DNA of 64,000 nucleotides from Escherichia phage ph0011, in sequence record OP557969.1. One strand, given 5' to 3'. The notes beneath the pieces were generated by a model. That model worked only from the letters and a program-made list of their open reading frames with translations. It did no database searches and had not been told where the DNA came from. The position numbers and the translations under genes are program-made. Shown piece after piece: positions 55,799 through 64,000 of the stretch. How positions within the stretch are numbered: position 1 is the first letter of the stretch; every line of letters begins with the position of its first letter.

Positions 55799-56380
55799 AT
55801 GGCACAACAACAAATTGCATTACAACAAGTACGAACTGGTAAACAACGAGATTTACCAGATGCATTAGAAAAAGGTCAGATAGGATTTAGTACTGATGTG
55901 GGTCGTGTATTCATTGGTCTACCATCATCATCTGACCCAGCTAGTCTAGTTGCAGGAAGAACATGGACAACTGATCCAAATTCAGGAAAAGAAAACGTAG
56001 AAATAATTACAGAATTTTCACCGTGGAGAACGGTTTCCAAAATAGTCAATAGGCCATTTAAAGTGGATCTCCCACAAAATCAAGATAAAATTGAAGTTAT
56101 TCTTGATAGTGAGAGTCGAGTCTTTATTGATTATATTGCATATGATGATACTGAAGAGGTTTTAGAATCTGGAACAGTCCAAATTGTGGCGATTGGCTCA
56201 AAGGCGATGTTTGCACAGTCTAATAACACAAATCGAAATGATGCGATTATATCTATTACATTTGAAGATCCTGCATATGATCCAACAACTGGAAATATGC
56301 AATTCAATATAGTTAACTCGGATTATTTAAATGCAGGATATCATATAGAATTTGTATATCGTGGGTGGGACAAACCTTAA
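55799..56380 (+). CDS. Hypothetical protein (193 aa)
   Basis: ORF in track, followed by a terminator. Confidence 0.3.
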   Translation: MAQQQIALQQVRTGKQRDLPDALEKGQIGFSTDVGRVFIGLPSSSDPASLVAGRTWTTDPNSGKENVEIITEFSPWRTVSKIVNRPFKVDLPQNQDKIEVILDSESRVFIDYIAYDDTEEVLESGTVQIVAIGSKAMFAQSNNTNRNDAIISITFEDPAYDPTTGNMQFNIVNSDYLNAGYHIEFVYRGWDKP

Positions 56381-56400
56381 AAGGCGTCCCGCCTTTTTCT
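56378..56400 (+). terminator. Rho-independent terminator
   Basis: AAGGCG-TCC-CGCCTT followed by a T-tract. Confidence 0.55.
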
Positions 56401-56443
56401 TCCACTAAAAAAGTAATTTACATCAAAAAAACAAGGATGACAT

Positions 56444-58762
56444 ATGATTAACGTAACCAAGCGTAATGGAATGAAAGAACCGTTATCATTGGATAAGATC
56501 CATCAGATTTTATTTTTCGCTGCTGAAGGTCTAAGTGGTATTTCAGTTTCTGAAATTGAACTTCGTGCACAACTTCAGTTTTATGAAGGTATTGAAACCA
56601 GTACTATTCATGATATTCTGATTAAAGCAGCCGCAGAACTTATTTCAGAAGATACACCAAATTACCAATATGTTGCTGGTAGATTATTAAACTATAGTAT
56701 TCGTAAGCAAGTATATGGGCAGTATGACCCGATTAAATATGCTGCTCATCTTCAAGAAATGGTTGATATCAAAATATATGATCCTGAAATTCTTGAAAAA
56801 TATACTCTTCAAGAAATAGAAGAGCTTGGGCGTTATATCAAACATAAACGTGACGATAAATTTACTTATGTTGCAATGCGACAATGGGAAGGAAAATACC
56901 TTTACAAAAACCGCGTTACTAAGAAAATTTATGAAACTCCACAAATGGCATATATGACTATTGCCGCAATCATTTTTATGGAGTATGATCGTTCCGTTCG
57001 TATGTCATATGTTAAAAAGTTTTATGATGCAGTAAGTAACTTTGACATTAGTCTTCCTACACCTATTATGGCTGGTCTACGTACAAACACACGTCAGTTT
57101 AGCTCTTGTGTAGTTCTAAATGTTGGTGACAGCTTGGATAGTATTGGTTCATCTAACCACGCCATTCTACGTTATATTTCACGTAAAGCTGGTCTTGGTA
57201 TTAATATGGGCCGCATTCGTGCCCTAGACTCCGAGATTCGTTCAGGTGATGCAGTACATACTGGATTGATTCCGTTCATTGCAGCTACTGCTAAAACTGT
57301 TAAAAGCTGTTCACAAGGTGGTGTTCGTGGTGGAGCAGCAACTGTTCACTTCCCATTGTGGCATTTGGAATTTGATAACTTGGTAGTTCTTAAAAACAAC
57401 AAAGGAACTGAGTTTAACCGTGTACGTCAACTGGACTATTGTTTCCAAGTAAACAAAACTTTGTATCAACGTTTGGTTGATGGAAAGAATATCACGTTCT
57501 TTAGTCCTAATGAAGTTCCTGGGTTATATGATGCATTTTGCTCTGATCAAAAAGAATTTGAAAAGCTATATAAAAAATACGAATCTGACCAAAGCATCCG
57601 TAAAAAATCCGTACCTGCTGTTGAAGTATTCAGTACTCTAATGACTGAGCGTGCAGAAACTGGTCGCATTTATATTCAAAATATTGACCATGCAAACACA
57701 CACTCAACCTTTATTGAATCAATTGCACCAATTGAACAATCCAACTTGTGCCAAGAAATTGCACTACCATCTGTACCATTTGATGATATTAATACAGGTG
57801 AAGGTTTGATTAGTCTATGTACTTTGAGTGCAATCAACTGGGGTAACTTTGATCGCCCAGAAGATATGGAAACTGCATGTGATCTTTCTGTACGTGCACT
57901 TGATTCTCTATTGGACTATCAAGACTATCCAGTGGTTCATGCGGATCGTGCAACAAAAATGTACCGCCCGTTGGGTGTTGGTATCATTAACTTTGCATAC
58001 TTCCTAGCCAAACGTGGGTTACGTTATAATGAGGAAGCATTAGAAACAGTTAACGAGTGGGCTGAAGCATGGTCTTATTATCTAATTAAATCTTCTGTAC
58101 AGCTTGCCAAAGAAAAAGGTAAGTGTGAAGGTTTTGACACATTAAAATATGCTAAAGGTATCCTTCCAATTGATACTTATAAATCTGATATGGATGAATT
58201 AGTAACTAAAGAGCTAAAACAAGATTGGAAATCTTTGCGTGAAGATATCAAACAATATGGTATTCGTAATGCTACAACTATGGCTCTAATGCCAGCAGAA
58301 ACAAGTGCACAAATCAGTAACAGTACTAACGGTATTGAAAAACCTCGTTCTCTTGTAACAAAGAAACTATCAAAAGATGGTATTCTGAAACAAGTAGTTC
58401 CTGAAATCAATAAGTTGAAAAACAAATATGATTTACTATGGGAACAAAAAGATAACATTGGCTATCTACAAATTTGTGGTGTTCTACAAAAATACATTGA
58501 TCAAAGTATCAGCGTTAATACCAGTTACAATCCAGTACATTTCCCTGATGGAAAGTTACCAATGTCAACTCTCCTAACTGAGCTTATGTATGCATATAAA
58601 GTAGGGCTTAAGAACCTGTACTATCATAATACCAATGACGGTTCGGATGAAGTAGATGTTGAAAAAGTACTCAAAGAAGCATCTAAACCAGAATCAGGGC
58701 AGTTTGTGTTACCTACATTACCTGACTTGGATGAAGGTGATTGTGATAGTTGTAAAATCTAA
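56444..58762 (+). CDS. nrdA: Ribonucleotide reductase class Ia alpha subunit NrdA
   Basis: Extensive identity to E. coli/T4 NrdA as recalled from memory (VTKRNG...LDKIH ATP cone; PTPIMAGLRT; CSQGGVRGGAAT; C-terminal Cys pair). Confidence 0.95.
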   Translation: MINVTKRNGMKEPLSLDKIHQILFFAAEGLSGISVSEIELRAQLQFYEGIETSTIHDILIKAAAELISEDTPNYQYVAGRLLNYSIRKQVYGQYDPIKYAAHLQEMVDIKIYDPEILEKYTLQEIEELGRYIKHKRDDKFTYVAMRQWEGKYLYKNRVTKKIYETPQMAYMTIAAIIFMEYDRSVRMSYVKKFYDAVSNFDISLPTPIMAGLRTNTRQFSSCVVLNVGDSLDSIGSSNHAILRYISRKAGLGINMGRIRALDSEIRSGDAVHTGLIPFIAATAKTVKSCSQGGVRGGAATVHFPLWHLEFDNLVVLKNNKGTEFNRVRQLDYCFQVNKTLYQRLVDGKNITFFSPNEVPGLYDAFCSDQKEFEKLYKKYESDQSIRKKSVPAVEVFSTLMTERAETGRIYIQNIDHANTHSTFIESIAPIEQSNLCQEIALPSVPFDDINTGEGLISLCTLSAINWGNFDRPEDMETACDLSVRALDSLLDYQDYPVVHADRATKMYRPLGVGIINFAYFLAKRGLRYNEEALETVNEWAEAWSYYLIKSSVQLAKEKGKCEGFDTLKYAKGILPIDTYKSDMDELVTKELKQDWKSLREDIKQYGIRNATTMALMPAETSAQISNSTNGIEKPRSLVTKKLSKDGILKQVVPEINKLKNKYDLLWEQKDNIGYLQICGVLQKYIDQSISVNTSYNPVHFPDGKLPMSTLLTELMYAYKVGLKNLYYHNTNDGSDEVDVEKVLKEASKPESGQFVLPTLPDLDEGDCDSCKI

Positions 58763-58767
58763 ATAAA

Positions 58768-58787
58768 AATCCCGCTTCGGCGGGATT
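58768..58787 (+). promoter_or_regulatory. Stem-loop in the nrdA-nrdB intergenic spacer
   Basis: AATCCCGC-TTCG-GCGGGATT with no following T-tract; possibly an RNA stability or processing element. Confidence 0.3.
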
Positions 58788-58816
58788 AATCTTTCCGAAT
58801 ATTTAAAGGAATATAT

Positions 58817-59941
58817 ATGTCAGTTTTTAAAATTAATGAGAAATCTCACCTAGAAAAAAATATGTTTTTTGATGAAAGTGTTGACATTCAACGATTTGAA
58901 AGTGTGAAATATTCAGCACTAGAGAAACTAACTGAACAACAGAAAAGTTTCTTCTGGACCCCTGGTGAAGTTGATGTATCCAAGGATAAAATTGATTTTG
59001 CCAACCTTAATGATTCAGAGAAGCACATTTTTACCTCTAACTTGAAACGTCAAATTCTTCTTGATTCTGTACAAGGTCGTGGTCCAAACCTAATGCTACT
59101 ACCATATGCATCACTACCTGAATTAGAGAACTTTATTGAGACATGGGCATTCTTTGAAGGTGCTATTCATAGTAAATCATATACTCATATTATTCGTAAC
59201 ATTTACCCTAATCCATCTGAAGTGTTTGATACTATGTTGGACATTCCAGAAATCACAGATTGTGCGGCTGATGTGTCTAAGTATTATGATGAACTGGATG
59301 AGCTAGGTACATGGTATAAAGTACTGGGTGAAGGAACTCACAATGTCAATGGTAAAACTATTGTTGTTGATATGTACGAACTTAAAAAGAAAATGTGGTT
59401 GTGTCTGAATAGTATTAACATCCTTGAGGGTGTGCGTTTTTACGCTAGTTTTGCCTGTTCGTGGGCCTACGCCGAAAACAAGCTTATGGAAGGTAATGCC
59501 AAAATTATTCGTCTAATTTGTCGTGATGAAAATTTACACTTAGCGGCAACACAAATGATTCTTCGCCTACTTAAGAAAGAAGATCTAGACTTTGCAAAAA
59601 TTGCAGAAGAGTGTTATGATGAAGTACTGGAAATGTTTATGTCTGCTATTCGCCAAGAAGAAGCTTGGGCAGATTTCCTCTTTAAAGATGGTTCTATTAT
59701 TGGATTGAACTCTGAAATTCTTAAACAGTATGTTCGCTGGATTGGATCTAAGCGTATGACGGCACTTGGTATCAAATGTCCATATACTGTATCCAAGAGT
59801 AACCCACTACCGTGGACTGAACACTGGGTAAGTGGTAGTTCTGTACAGGTAGCACCACAAGAAACTGAAATCAGTTCTTATATCATTGGTGGTATTGTGA
59901 ATGATATTCAAGAAGATACATTCACACCATTCAAACTATAA
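58817..59941 (+). CDS. nrdB: Ribonucleotide reductase beta subunit NrdB
   Basis: Strong identity to E. coli NrdB as recalled from memory (FFWTPGEVDVSKD; WAFFEGAIHSKSYTHIIRN; NAKIIRLICRDENLH). Confidence 0.95.
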   Translation: MSVFKINEKSHLEKNMFFDESVDIQRFESVKYSALEKLTEQQKSFFWTPGEVDVSKDKIDFANLNDSEKHIFTSNLKRQILLDSVQGRGPNLMLLPYASLPELENFIETWAFFEGAIHSKSYTHIIRNIYPNPSEVFDTMLDIPEITDCAADVSKYYDELDELGTWYKVLGEGTHNVNGKTIVVDMYELKKKMWLCLNSINILEGVRFYASFACSWAYAENKLMEGNAKIIRLICRDENLHLAATQMILRLLKKEDLDFAKIAEECYDEVLEMFMSAIRQEEAWADFLFKDGSIIGLNSEILKQYVRWIGSKRMTALGIKCPYTVSKSNPLPWTEHWVSGSSVQVAPQETEISSYIIGGIVNDIQEDTFTPFKL

Positions 59942-59953
59942 AATAAAACTAAC

Positions 59954-59978
59954 AGGGATTCATAGAATCCCTTTTCTT
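59954..59978 (+). terminator. Rho-independent terminator after nrdB
   Basis: AGGGATTC-ATA-GAATCCCT followed by TTTCTT. Confidence 0.6.
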
Positions 59979-60163
59979 ATGGAATTTTTATGAGTGATAT
60001 TTTTACAATTGAGCGTAATGTTATCTATGACTTCTACCTAACTGGTGGATTTAAGGTAACTGGTGCGGTATCTGATGTTTGTCCAAATGGACTTGTACTG
60101 GTCGATGGTACTAGAGTTGTTCAGGCACATATTGTTATGTTTGTACCAACCAAATAAAAATTT

Positions 60164-61593
<1,430 letters not shown>

Positions 61594-61594
61594 T

Positions 61595-61625
61595 AAAAAA
61601 GGAGCAACATATTGTTGCTCCTTTA
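61595..61625. terminator. Bidirectional terminator between convergent genes
   Basis: GGAGCAACA-TAT-TGTTGCTCC flanked by an A-tract and T-rich sequence. Confidence 0.6.
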
Positions 61626-61627
61626 AC

Positions 61628-63030
<1,403 letters not shown>

Positions 63031-63098
63031 TGTTAATCTCCAATTGTATTGTTATTTTTATAAAGTATTTACCCGATTTTACGTTTTATATAGTTTAT

Positions 63099-63994
<896 letters not shown>

Positions 63995-64000
63995 AAATAG

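Noticed and set aside
56444-59941. Group I introns in nrdA/nrdB, as occur in T4 nrdB and td
   Set aside because: Both reading frames are continuous and full length with conserved termini; there is no room for an intron.

Overview
This 64-kb window is a densely coding segment of a T4-like (Straboviridae-type) myovirus genome, mostly on the + strand, with gene order rearranged relative to T4. All calls come from reading the six-frame translations and DNA motifs by eye; no database search or RNA-folding computation was run. Recognised genes: late sigma factor gp55, gp47/gp46 recombination nuclease, a head module (portal gp20, small and acidic core proteins, prohead protease, scaffold, major capsid gp23), an HxH-motif tail fiber with assembly chaperone, DNA polymerase gp43, clamp gp45, a GroES-like co-chaperonin, RNase H, large terminase gp17, gp32, UvsX, a UvsY-like protein, a DexA-like exonuclease, UvsW, primase gp61, helicase gp41, NrdA/NrdB, a MazG-like NTP pyrophosphatase and DHFR. 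The most notable observations are: (1) two homologous LAGLIDADG inteins inserted immediately after the Walker-A GK of both the terminase and UvsW; (2) a one-nucleotide frameshift in the terminase N-extein exactly at the intein junction; (3) three free-standing nuclease genes, one HNH/EndoVII-like and two large paralogs with a Vsr/DUF559-like motif, plus a T5orf172-domain gene; (4) six near-identical sigma70-type promoters (GGACA-N16-TGTGCTATAAT), one of which drives an ORF-poor, terminator-bounded unit of about 450 nt; (5) T4-type late-promoter motifs (TATAAATA / ATAAATATCT) before structural genes; (6) several uncharacterised accessory clusters, including acidic proteins and a membrane-protein cluster with a frameshifted paralog. 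No rRNA, tRNA or CRISPR array was recognised.
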